From: a virus
Length of the DNA stretch: 64,000 nucleotides
Virus record (IMG/VR): IMGVR_UViG_3300032240_002557
Span: 35,913 to 99,912 of that record
Reading direction: 5' to 3' (one strand)
Shown: piece by piece, positions 37,091 to 45,487 of the stretch
How the letters are laid out: each line of letters starts with the position of its first letter
How positions within the stretch are numbered: the first letter of the stretch is position 1
Translations under genes and position numbers: made by a program
The notes under the pieces: model-generated
Databases searched by the model: none
What the model saw: the letters and a program-made list of their open reading frames with translations, nothing else
Told to the model about the DNA's origin: nothing

Positions 37091-38497
37091 TTAGTTTAAT
37101 ATAGTTGGATTGCTACTTGCTGGGTGATCTATTTGATGAACATGTTGCTCCTCGTCAAAAACTTGTCTTCTTGGCTTTGGCTCATTGTTATACACATTGC
37201 CTAATCTATACCCTCCGAATTCCCCGTCCTCTCTAGGTTCTTGAGGTACATCTGCATCTTCTACAGTTTCAGCAGCAGTTTCTTCCACTATTGGTTCCTC
37301 TACTGTTTCTTCTATTTCCTCCTCCTCAATAGGTTGTTCTTCTGTTACATGCTCTTCTATCTCTTCTTCAACCGGTTGTTCTTCTATTACAGGTTCTTTT
37401 TCTAATACTTCCTCTCTCTCTTCTTCAACTGGTTGTTCTTCTGTTACAGTCTCTATAACTTCAACAACTGGCTCTTCTAAAATTTCAGGAACTTCTTCCA
37501 TAGCGTAATCATCCATAAAATATGGATCTTCTAGGATTTGCTTTATATCTTCTTCTTGAATTGCTGGTTCTTCAACAATAGCAGGGGGAATTGGTGCTTC
37601 TCCTATAATAAATTTATTTTCTTCTATTTTTTCTTTCGGATCTTCTTCGGTGTTTTTTGCATTCTTTTTTCTCTCCTCTTCCTCTTCTTTCCTTTTATTA
37701 GCAACATACTCAAACACGAAGTTAGCAGCAACAACTAAAGCTATTGCTAACGGGTCAAATACGAGCATTAGAGCGATGATAAACCAGTTTACCACTTGAT
37801 CTAAAGATTTACCAGTTATCTTAGCTAAGTACTTTAATGGACCGATTTCATTAGCAAGCTCGTTGTTTGAGCTTTTATCTAAAATCTCCATATCCAAAGC
37901 ATTGATTTGCTGTGTTTTAGAAGCTATGGTATCTTGTAAAACCTTAATGTCATTATCTAAAGCTTTACTCTCCGCACCTAAAGAGTTCATTTGTGATCTA
38001 ACTGAACTTGCAGATTTGTTCTGTGCTATTAGATTGTCTGCATTTGTTTGCTGTCTATTTCTCATATCAGACAGTGTATTCTGCCTGGTACTTTTCATTT
38101 CAAGCTGTTTCTCTGCTTGGGTCAATTGAGTTTGGATCATTTCCTTTTTCTTGGAGATAACCGCTGTATTCTTATCTACGTTTTCTACTTTATTTGCAGT
38201 TTCTTGGTATGCTGAAGACAAGAATCCGTAAATACCAGCTGATGTGATCATAATAAGGATCACACAGGCTACTGCTAAATAAGTTCTTAGTGTTTTATTT
38301 ACGTCATCCCAGAATCTATATAAAAATGATGCTATTACAAGTTTTGCAAACTCCAAACTTGCAGCCATCACCATAACATTATTTGCTGCGCCAGCAAACA
38401 TCTTACCAATACCAAATATTGAATAGAAAGCGGCAGAAAAAGAAATGCTGGCTGCAGCTATTGCTACTACCCAGGGGAAAAATTTGTTTTCTTTCAT
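37091..38497 (-). CDS. Membrane protein: 3 TM helices, coiled coil, a further TM helix and a Glu-rich repeat tail
   Basis: Hydrophobic segments; EIGPLKYL...VFDPLAI; repeated EEQPVEEE. Confidence 0.65.
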   Translation of the reverse strand: MKENKFFPWVVAIAAASISFSAAFYSIFGIGKMFAGAANNVMVMAASLEFAKLVIASFLYRFWDDVNKTLRTYLAVACVILIMITSAGIYGFLSSAYQETANKVENVDKNTAVISKKKEMIQTQLTQAEKQLEMKSTRQNTLSDMRNRQQTNADNLIAQNKSASSVRSQMNSLGAESKALDNDIKVLQDTIASKTQQINALDMEILDKSSNNELANEIGPLKYLAKITGKSLDQVVNWFIIALMLVFDPLAIALVVAANFVFEYVANKRKEEEEERKKNAKNTEEDPKEKIEENKFIIGEAPIPPAIVEEPAIQEEDIKQILEDPYFMDDYAMEEVPEILEEPVVEVIETVTEEQPVEEEREEVLEKEPVIEEQPVEEEIEEHVTEEQPIEEEEIEETVEEPIVEETAAETVEDADVPQEPREDGEFGGYRLGNVYNNEPKPRRQVFDEEQHVHQIDHPASSNPTILN

Positions 38498-38522
38498 TTT
38501 TGTTAATTACTTCTTTAATCCT

Positions 38523-38530
38523 TATATATC
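38523..38530 (-). promoter_or_regulatory. Late promoter GATATATA
   Basis: Between a terminator and the 38497 ATG. Confidence 0.75.
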
Positions 38531-38536
38531 TACACG

Positions 38537-38563
38537 AAAAAGGCCCACTGTTTAAAGTGGGCC
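38537..38563 (-). terminator. Intrinsic terminator
   Basis: GGCCCACT-TTAAAC-AGTGGGCC-TTTTT. Confidence 0.85.
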
Positions 38564-38594
38564 AATATATGTGTAAAAATTACAAAAAAGTCTA

Positions 38595-39044
38595 TTATTC
38601 TGCCTCTAAGCCTTGTTGAGCAGCTGCTAAATCTTGCTTAAGTGATCCTAATTCTTTATTATCCTCAGCAATATTTGAAAGTGCTGCTTCGAAGGAAGTA
38701 AATAATTTAATAAATCTTTCTGCAATTTCACTTCCTGAAGTTTCGTATCTGTTGAAGAAGTAATGACTAGCTTCAATTTCTAATGCTCCTAAGAAAGCAA
38801 CATTATTAGAAATGCCTTTCTCTTTGATTGAATCGATCTTTTTAAAGATCTCAACAATTCCTAATGCTTCCTTACCTTTCCATTGAATTGTTTCCATTAC
38901 CTCTGCGTATGTCTGTAATAATGATTCATTCATTTCAACAGCATAAACTTTCTTAGATAATTCAGCTTCTTTAGCCTCTACTTTTTTTTGTAATGCTTCT
39001 ACTTTTTCTTGGTCGATAACAACGTGTAATACTTCTGCTTCCAT
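38595..39044 (-). CDS. Hypothetical helical protein
   Basis: 149-aa ORF with its own promoter and terminator. Confidence 0.6.
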   Translation of the reverse strand: MEAEVLHVVIDQEKVEALQKKVEAKEAELSKKVYAVEMNESLLQTYAEVMETIQWKGKEALGIVEIFKKIDSIKEKGISNNVAFLGALEIEASHYFFNRYETSGSEIAERFIKLFTSFEAALSNIAEDNKELGSLKQDLAAAQQGLEAE

Positions 39045-39063
39045 TTTGTTTAATTATATTTTT

Positions 39064-39091
39064 ATTTTAGATTCTAAAGTTGTTTAGTTTC
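39064..39091 (-). promoter_or_regulatory. Middle-type promoter GAAAC-N17-TAAAAT
   Basis: Intergenic two-box match. Confidence 0.65.
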
Positions 39092-39095
39092 AATC

Positions 39096-39839
39096 CTAAA
39101 TTGAATTTAGTTCTCTAAATTCCGCAAGTAAACCTAAGAATTGTTTCAGATATACTTTAAATTCGTCTTTAGATACTATAAATCTTTGAATCTCAGACTT
39201 TTTTTCATTGGAGATCCAAATTTCTCCCCTTGCAGGGATGACCCCGTATCTTTCAGCGTATGCAAACATATATGCAGCAATCTGCATTCTGTATGAAAGT
39301 ATATCTTCGCCATCCTTAGGTGATGATGAAGATTTAAAATCTATTACTACGTGATCGCCGTTATAGTCTTCAAATATGAAATCTGTTGCACCTGCCCATC
39401 CACCTCTAAAATCGCTCCAAAGAAAAAGCTCGTTGTGAAGTACAACCTTTATATTCTCCCAGAAATTTTCATGATAGAAATTCCAAAATAGATCTCTCCC
39501 TCTTTTGATTAGATCAGCATTTTCTGGCTCTGCTGTCTCGACATCCCTTGCGGTGTCTTGTGCAATTTGTAGGCATTTTTCTATCGATCTAGAGTTAGAA
39601 AATTCTAATAAAAAATTCTCTAACATACTGTGCATCACTGTTCCTCTATAGGAAGCATCGTCGAGTATTTTTTGCCATCTTTTCTCCCCGAACTTTTCTC
39701 TTAAAGGTTTGAATTTTGGTTCAGTGATGAGCTTTAAAACTGTGGTTACGGAGGGTAAAACAAGATCCCCGCTCTCTTTACTAACAACATATGCTCTACC
39801 CCACGGGAATGCCTTTCTCTCTATTTTAAAATTTTCCAA
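39096..39839 (-). CDS. PD-(D/E)xK exonuclease
   Basis: LPSVTTVL, RGTVMH, AGATD, IDFKSS, QIAAY. Confidence 0.85.
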   Translation of the reverse strand: MENFKIERKAFPWGRAYVVSKESGDLVLPSVTTVLKLITEPKFKPLREKFGEKRWQKILDDASYRGTVMHSMLENFLLEFSNSRSIEKCLQIAQDTARDVETAEPENADLIKRGRDLFWNFYHENFWENIKVVLHNELFLWSDFRGGWAGATDFIFEDYNGDHVVIDFKSSSSPKDGEDILSYRMQIAAYMFAYAERYGVIPARGEIWISNEKKSEIQRFIVSKDEFKVYLKQFLGLLAEFRELNSI

Positions 39840-40319
39840 TTAGAATAATGATATTGCCCACTTAAAGAAATGTGAGAACCAGTGGGTTTTGCTCTCTATA
39901 ACGTAAACACCAATCCAAAAGAAAGTTCTTGAAAAAAACCACCAAAAGCTTAAAGCTCTGAAATATGGTGTATAGATTAACAGGTAAGATGTTGAATCTG
40001 GTATTTCTTTATATTCCGGGGTAATTATTTCATGAAGATTTAGTGATGTTAGATATTCGTTTAAACCCTTGCTTTGATCTATTAGATAAGCAGGATATAA
40101 TTCTCTGGGTAGATCTGGAGACATAGTCACCTCTGGAGGTAAATTCATAACTGTATAGATCCTACCTATCCAATCATATCTCAAATTGTGTCTGACCCAA
40201 AGTGGTGAATTTATTTTCTCTTTCTTAATTGTTCTTCTAAGAAAAAGATAATTCTTGACGTCAATGATAACATTGAAGATCTTAAAGATGCTAGAAAAAA
40301 GCTGTTTCATATTAATCAA
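39840..40319 (-). CDS. Hypothetical protein with an aromatic/hydrophobic C-terminus
   Basis: 159-aa ORF overlapping the sigma gene end; LRYDWIGRIYTVMNLP. Confidence 0.55.
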   Translation of the reverse strand: MINMKQLFSSIFKIFNVIIDVKNYLFLRRTIKKEKINSPLWVRHNLRYDWIGRIYTVMNLPPEVTMSPDLPRELYPAYLIDQSKGLNEYLTSLNLHEIITPEYKEIPDSTSYLLIYTPYFRALSFWWFFSRTFFWIGVYVIESKTHWFSHFFKWAISLF

Positions 40320-40938
40320 TAAAATTTAATTTGATACCAGGGAACATTTCTCTGATTTTAATTCTTGCTCTTCTAATTCTTGTTGCAACTGCACGTTTTT
40401 TCATTCCGTACTTATCAGCAATATCTTGGTACTTCATCTTGTGCAATTCCCTATCAATTAGAATGTCTTTATAAATTGCTGGTAAATTTTTAATCTTACA
40501 AACTACGTCTTCGTAAAGATCGTCAAATCCTCCTTCCCTATTATCTATCTCCCATTCAGGTTCAGAAAATATATCCTCTGGTGTAATCGATGATAGAGGA
40601 ATAAATTCATCATAATCTCTTCCGTCTAATTCAACTGATTCATAAACTAGAGGAGTGAATTTTTTAGAATTCTTTTTGATCAGTAACGATTCATTTCTTG
40701 CAATATTGTAAGCCCATGTAGAAAAATTTCCTCTTGCTGGATCATACTGAGCAACTTTAACCCAAATCTTTTCGAATGTTTTAGATACTGCATCTTGTGC
40801 AACTTCCTCATCTATCAAAATAGATTTACAGTGATTCAATAAACCAGGTTTAATTCTGTCGTAAAGAGATTTAAAATCTTTTTCGTGTGTCGTCTCTAAG
40901 AATTTTTCTGCCAATTCTTGGATGCTCTTTGATGCCAT
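40312..40938 (-). CDS. Phage-encoded ECF-type sigma-70 factor
   Basis: Region 2: AQDAVSKTFEKIW...YDPARGNFSTWAYNIARN; region 4: LPAIYKDIL...MKYQDIADKYGM..AVATRIRRAR. Confidence 0.9.
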   Translation of the reverse strand: MASKSIQELAEKFLETTHEKDFKSLYDRIKPGLLNHCKSILIDEEVAQDAVSKTFEKIWVKVAQYDPARGNFSTWAYNIARNESLLIKKNSKKFTPLVYESVELDGRDYDEFIPLSSITPEDIFSEPEWEIDNREGGFDDLYEDVVCKIKNLPAIYKDILIDRELHKMKYQDIADKYGMKKRAVATRIRRARIKIREMFPGIKLNFID

Positions 40939-40958
40939 AGGTTAGTTTGGTTTAAAGG

Positions 40959-41423
40959 TTATAAATTTATATAAACAATTTCAATCCCTGCTTGGTTGAG
41001 CAGCTCTAAAGATTCAAGTTTTCTGTATAGTTCAGAAAAAACTATTCTCTTTATTCCGGATTGAATGATCAGTTTAGCACAATCAAAACATGGTGACAGA
41101 GTAACATACAGCGTACTTCCTATAGAACTAGCAGTATTCATGGCAAGCTTTGTTATAGCATTTGCTTCTGCATGAAGTACGATAGGCAATGTGTTATTAT
41201 CTTCATCCTCGCAAATATTAGGAAATCCTGTCGGAGTTCCGTTATATCCATCAGAAATAATTGTTTTATTTTTCACGACCAAGCATCCAACTTGACTTCT
41301 TTTAGAATGGGAATTTGCTGCCCATTCTTTCGCCATTTTAAGATAAACTACATCAAATTTGTATTGCTTCTCGTCTGGGCAATTATCTATCGAATGCTCT
41401 TCAAAAAAATTATTTGTTTTCAA
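40959..41423 (-). CDS. dCMP deaminase
   Basis: GYNGTP, HAEANAI, TLSPCFDC. Confidence 0.92.
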   Translation of the reverse strand: MKTNNFFEEHSIDNCPDEKQYKFDVVYLKMAKEWAANSHSKRSQVGCLVVKNKTIISDGYNGTPTGFPNICEDEDNNTLPIVLHAEANAITKLAMNTASSIGSTLYVTLSPCFDCAKLIIQSGIKRIVFSELYRKLESLELLNQAGIEIVYINL

Positions 41424-41655
41424 CCTCCTCTATTTTTAGGTTTCCTCTAAATTCGTTAATTATTGGATACACTGAATACGCTGGAAACTTACCAAGGAGA
41501 GAAATTATTTGATTGATTTCCTCGATCGTTAAAGAATCTCTATTTCTAAGAAGATCCAATGTTTCTTTAGTGTTGTCGAAAGGATTTTCGAGGTAATCTA
41601 TAATAGACTGCCTCAATTCTGAAGTTATCTTGAAAATTTTTTCCTTTTCTGACAT
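41410..41655 (-). CDS. Hypothetical protein; likely start MSEKEK at 41655
   Basis: The ORF-track start (41697) lies inside the promoter; the ATG at 41655 follows it. Confidence 0.55.
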   Translation of the reverse strand: MSEKEKIFKITSELRQSIIDYLENPFDNTKETLDLLRNRDSLTIEEINQIISLLGKFPAYSVYPIINEFRGNLKIEEVENK

Positions 41656-41668
41656 GGCTTTTCTGTAT

Positions 41669-41709
41669 ACTATACAAATATACAAAAAAAGTTTCAAAAA
41701 ATAAAATGC
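41669..41709 (-). promoter_or_regulatory. Composite early + middle promoter for the ECF sigma operon
   Basis: GCATTTT-N20-TATATTTG (41709..41675) interleaved with GAAAC-N16-TATAGT (41695..41669). Confidence 0.7.
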
Positions 41710-41711
41710 GA

Positions 41712-43298
41712 TTAGTGGAAATTATGCTTGCTGTCAGTTACAATTAAAGGAGATTGTAACGTCGATAAAACTTGACGCATAACGTTTAAAAGATCATTGT
41801 TTGATTTTGTAAGTTCATCCATTTTAGTCAGCATCTCCTTGTTTGTTTCATTATTAGCATTTTCTGCGGAGCTTTTAGTTGTTTCCCCGCTTTTTGCTGG
41901 CTCTTTTTGGGATTCTTTAGATTTTTCCTCGGATGATGTTTCTTCTTTCTTAGTCTCTGCTGTAGGCGTAGGTGTAGGAGCCGGAGTTGGCGAAGCTGGT
42001 GGGCTAGTTGCTAGTTTAACTGGCTCAGAGACTGACGTTGTTTTAGAAACTGATGAGGTAGTCTCAGGAGTTTTAACAGGCTCTGTAGCAGGTGTAGCAA
42101 TAGTTGTCATTGATGATGCACTGGTAGATCCTTCGCTATTAAAAGATGATTCGTCCAAAGCTTTTTGAACAACACTTATATCTGCTCCGTTAAAAGCATT
42201 TTTTATATCAGCATCAGAAATTCCCATTGCTTTTAATACAGAAAAATCTCCACCAGAAGCATTAGACCCAGATCCAGCTAAATTAAGAACTTGTGATTTT
42301 TGTTCCTGTCTTGCTGGTGGTGTTGGTGTAGGCGGTGTTACAGCAACTGCTTGTGTTGCTGGAGGTGGTGCAGGTGTTTCAGTCTTAGCAACGGGTGTAG
42401 CTTCAGTGACAGAACTAGCTGCCGGTGCAGCTGCTGGTGTAGCTGCCGGTGCAGGTGTTGGTGTAGCTGCTGGTGTAGCTTCCGTTTTTTTGATCTCAGC
42501 TTCTTTAATTGGCTCTGGCTTAGATGTAGCAATTTTTGCACCATCTTTACTAGTAATAGCAGCATCCATTAATGCCTCTTCCTTTCTGGCCTTTTCCAAT
42601 CTGGCCATATACTCAGGATCCTCTGCTGTATTTAATTTGGATGGATCTAATTTTTTAGTTGCCGGTGCTTCTTCCTTCGGTATTTTTGAAATTGCTTGCT
42701 CTGCACGGTCAAGGTATTGTTTATCTCTTTCCTCGTCTTCTCTCTTTAGTCCAATTTCTTTAATAAACTTAATTACTGTTGAATCAAGTAATGCACTTAT
42801 ATCCTCAGGTTTTAAATTTTTAAAAGCAGATTTTCCCTCAAAAGGATCTTCTGCTTCTTTATCATTAGCTGCAATTGCTTCTTCAACGTCTGCTAATCCG
42901 GATCTAACATTTTCGAAGGACATCTTTGTAACACCAAGCAGATCATTAACAGCTTTTGAATCATCAAATCCTTTGAATGTGTCTATTCCCCTCTGCATTA
43001 GATCCTCCGGGGAATCTTTTTGTAGGCTTGAAATAAATCTAGCAGCACCAAATATTACTTTTTCTGCAGTATCCTCTATCTTTTTAGGATCTCCCATTGG
43101 ATTACCAGGCTCTTCTGGAAAGTTTATCATTCCAAACGGAGGGAAGGCACTCTGCAATGCATACCTTCTTGCTATATCAAAAGCAGCAGGTGGTACCTCT
43201 GCAACTTCAGGTTTTGATTCTTTTAGTTCCTTTACCTTTTCGTTGAAGTAATCTACTCTTTTAGTACCGTTACTTAAATCTTTGTATTCTTCTGCCAA
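41712..43298 (-). CDS. Hypothetical late protein with Pro/Ala/Thr/Ser-rich linkers, possibly tail or baseplate associated
   Basis: Follows the gp26/gp51-like pair; AATATATA at 43317-43324. Confidence 0.45.
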   Translation of the reverse strand: MAEEYKDLSNGTKRVDYFNEKVKELKESKPEVAEVPPAAFDIARRYALQSAFPPFGMINFPEEPGNPMGDPKKIEDTAEKVIFGAARFISSLQKDSPEDLMQRGIDTFKGFDDSKAVNDLLGVTKMSFENVRSGLADVEEAIAANDKEAEDPFEGKSAFKNLKPEDISALLDSTVIKFIKEIGLKREDEERDKQYLDRAEQAISKIPKEEAPATKKLDPSKLNTAEDPEYMARLEKARKEEALMDAAITSKDGAKIATSKPEPIKEAEIKKTEATPAATPTPAPAATPAAAPAASSVTEATPVAKTETPAPPPATQAVAVTPPTPTPPARQEQKSQVLNLAGSGSNASGGDFSVLKAMGISDADIKNAFNGADISVVQKALDESSFNSEGSTSASSMTTIATPATEPVKTPETTSSVSKTTSVSEPVKLATSPPASPTPAPTPTPTAETKKEETSSEEKSKESQKEPAKSGETTKSSAENANNETNKEMLTKMDELTKSNNDLLNVMRQVLSTLQSPLIVTDSKHNFH

Positions 43299-43330
43299 TT
43301 CGGGATTTATTTCCTCTATATATTAAAGGA

Positions 43331-43550
43331 CTAGGACTTACCTAAATTAAATATAGACACCATACCTTCGTTTTCTTCTCTGACCTTTTTGTTCTTCTCT
43401 TCGATTTCTTCATTGATTTTATCAAGAATTATCTGAAATTCGAAATAAGGCATTTTTTCTAGTTCAGAGAAAGATATGTTATAATCCCTAGAAAATTTGT
43501 ACTTAATATCAAAGTAGTTGTCCAAAGATATCTGAAATAATGTAAAGGGA
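43331..43550 (-). CDS. gp51-like/tail-chaperone C-terminal ORF in the +1 frame, overlapping the upstream gene
   Basis: SLDNYF...SELEKMPYFE motif; no ATG before the motif. Confidence 0.55.
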
Positions 43551-44486
43551 TCTGATTCCGCCTGGAAATCGAATGGGTGCAGTGACCTCAGCACTGCATT
43601 TGCTACATTGAACCGAAAGGGTGCTTTTAGTAGCAAAAGTTATTTCTTTAGAAATGCTATCAGCTAAAACGAATTGCGTGTACGTCCACGTTTTAGATAA
43701 CCTCTCATACTCGTCATATGATTTTTCTGTCAAATCCCTCCAATTAGGAATTATATAAGGCGATATTTTAGCAAATGGCTCGTCGTATTTTTTACCAGCA
43801 TCCATTTTATCTTTTAAGATTTTTCTTATCTTTTGGGCAACCCCGATTGTCGGTATAAATAATTGAATTCCAGGATCTCCATTTTTTGGGACTAAATTGA
43901 AGAATCCATTATCGTGGTCATAATACTTGAATAATTTTGGATCTAATTTAAAATTAGTTAAAACATTGGATGTTAATTCTATTTGATCTGGTATTGGGCA
44001 TTCACCATTTCCGCACGTTTTAGCTATAGGTACAAAGAGTCTATTCTCTCCTTTAATAAATGTTAAATCTCTAATAGCCATAAAGATGTAAAATCTATCC
44101 TCCTGATAAATATCAAGGTAGCTTAATGTTCCGCCACTAAATTTAAATGTAGAGCATTTAGAGATAACGAAATTCATTTTATCGTCTAGATCTATTGGAT
44201 CATTATCGTCAATAGTTGAAAAATGTCTAATCTCTCCGACTTCTGCCGATCGGATCATTAATTCTGTTCCTTCGGGGTATCCAAATCCTGTAGATGGTAG
44301 ATTTGTAAGTGGAATTTTTTTCCACGGTGTTTCCATTCCGGGAAATTCTAAAATCTCCTCAACAAATGATGCTTTTCCTAATGATTTGGGTTCTTCCTTA
44401 GTACTTACTACATCATATTCAATTTCGCTTTGCTTTTCTAATTGTGCTAAATGATCTAGCCCTATTTCATCAAAATTATTGCTCAT
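43509..44486 (-). CDS. Baseplate hub assembly / tail chaperone protein (gp26/gp51-like)
   Basis: LPSTGFGYP, DRFYIFMAIRDLTF, C..C pairs, C-terminal CSKC; GATAGATA at 44504-44511. Confidence 0.65.
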   Translation of the reverse strand: MSNNFDEIGLDHLAQLEKQSEIEYDVVSTKEEPKSLGKASFVEEILEFPGMETPWKKIPLTNLPSTGFGYPEGTELMIRSAEVGEIRHFSTIDDNDPIDLDDKMNFVISKCSTFKFSGGTLSYLDIYQEDRFYIFMAIRDLTFIKGENRLFVPIAKTCGNGECPIPDQIELTSNVLTNFKLDPKLFKYYDHDNGFFNLVPKNGDPGIQLFIPTIGVAQKIRKILKDKMDAGKKYDEPFAKISPYIIPNWRDLTEKSYDEYERLSKTWTYTQFVLADSISKEITFATKSTLSVQCSKCSAEVTAPIRFPGGIRSLYIISDIFGQLL

Positions 44487-44552
44487 AAATGGATTTTATA
44501 TTTTATCTATCATTACTTCTAGTAGTCAGAGTAAAATTGTATCCAAAAATGC

Positions 44553-44819
44553 TTAAGATTTTTTAATATCTTGTTTATTTAAATATCTCGTAAGTAAGAT
44601 ATAGGACAACCAAAAACAACCGGAAATTGAATAAAAAACGAAATCTGCTACCCAATACGAACCACTCAAATCCATTATTAATTTGAATAGGGCATCGTAC
44701 CCAAAAGGGAGAAAGAACATCGCTAACATTAAAGATGTATCTTTGTAAAGCATTAGACGCTTTTCTTTCTGCTTGTATTTTTTGATTGTTTTTACTACCA
44801 CCTTCGTCCATATTAACAT
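44553..44819 (-). CDS. Small two-TM membrane protein (alternative start 44753)
   Basis: LMLAMFFLPFGY and WVADFVFYSISGCFWLSYILL; basic termini. Confidence 0.55.
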   Translation of the reverse strand: MLIWTKVVVKTIKKYKQKEKRLMLYKDTSLMLAMFFLPFGYDALFKLIMDLSGSYWVADFVFYSISGCFWLSYILLTRYLNKQDIKKS

Positions 44820-44849
44820 CGAGTTGCTTTTTGCTGCGTCGTGGGCAAG

Positions 44850-44880
44850 AAAAAAGGCTTATCGGTAGGATAAGCCTTTT
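44850..44880 (-). terminator. Intrinsic terminator after the tail tube genes
   Basis: AAAAGGCTTATC-CTACC-GATAAGCCTTTTTT; GATATATA (44880-44887) abuts its 5' arm. Confidence 0.9.
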
Positions 44881-44899
44881 ATATATCTTGTTTTGTCTA

Positions 44900-45478
44900 T
44901 TAGTTAAAAGTGTCTTCGAAATAATCTGCTCTAAATGTAGCAGTGATCTGGTACATACCGCCTGGGTTATCATAGCTTAATGGCATAGGAGTAATAGCAT
45001 CAATAGGGAAACAGTTTAAGAATTTAATTCTTCTGAAAACGTCTCCTTGCTTATTAAACATACTAACTAAGATGTAAGTTCCACCAGCATATGTGCTCTT
45101 TATTCCCATTGCTCCAGTTAACGGATTGTAAACTAGGTCAGACCATTGTCTAAGGGTTTTGTGAACATAGTTTGAGTTGTTATCGTCTAGGTTAGTCTCA
45201 AAAACTACTCTTACTCTAGCACCAGTGTCGTCAACAGCACCACTAGCATATCTTCTGTTTGCAAACTTATATGTTTGTACAACTGGTGTTGGTGTTTTTT
45301 CTACTTCTAAACCTGATATAGAAAGAATGTTTTCAACTAGTAAAGTCCTACCAGCATTTCCAGCTGGGTTTGAAACCGCAGCAGGAGGCTGAATGATAAC
45401 CTCAAACTGGTTTAAATAAACCGGTTCGTATAGGCTCACTGCCGCTTTTGCACTAGTAAAATGTGGTAATCCTGCCAT
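44900..45478 (-). CDS. gp19: Tail tube protein paralogue B (gp19-like)
   Basis: EPVYLNQFEV, RQWSDLVYNPLTG, NCFP; downstream of the sheath. Confidence 0.8.
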   Translation of the reverse strand: MAGLPHFTSAKAAVSLYEPVYLNQFEVIIQPPAAVSNPAGNAGRTLLVENILSISGLEVEKTPTPVVQTYKFANRRYASGAVDDTGARVRVVFETNLDDNNSNYVHKTLRQWSDLVYNPLTGAMGIKSTYAGGTYILVSMFNKQGDVFRRIKFLNCFPIDAITPMPLSYDNPGGMYQITATFRADYFEDTFN

Positions 45479-45487
45479 TTTTTATTT

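Noticed and set aside
39096-39839. Cas4
   Set aside because: It has a PD-(D/E)xK core but lacks the Fe-S cysteine set and CRISPR context
41797-43251. 281-aa and 123-aa plus-strand ORFs, and the other short antisense ORFs in the track
   Set aside because: They lie wholly opposite well-supported genes, with shadow-like composition and no promoter motif
41712-43298. Tape measure protein, suggested by position after the chaperone pair
   Set aside because: Short and Pro-rich, without the long helical character expected; left as hypothetical
44575-44973. 132-aa alternative-frame ORF
   Set aside because: It overlaps the tube gene and crosses a strong terminator; the two-TM frame is more plausible, though a shorter product is not excluded
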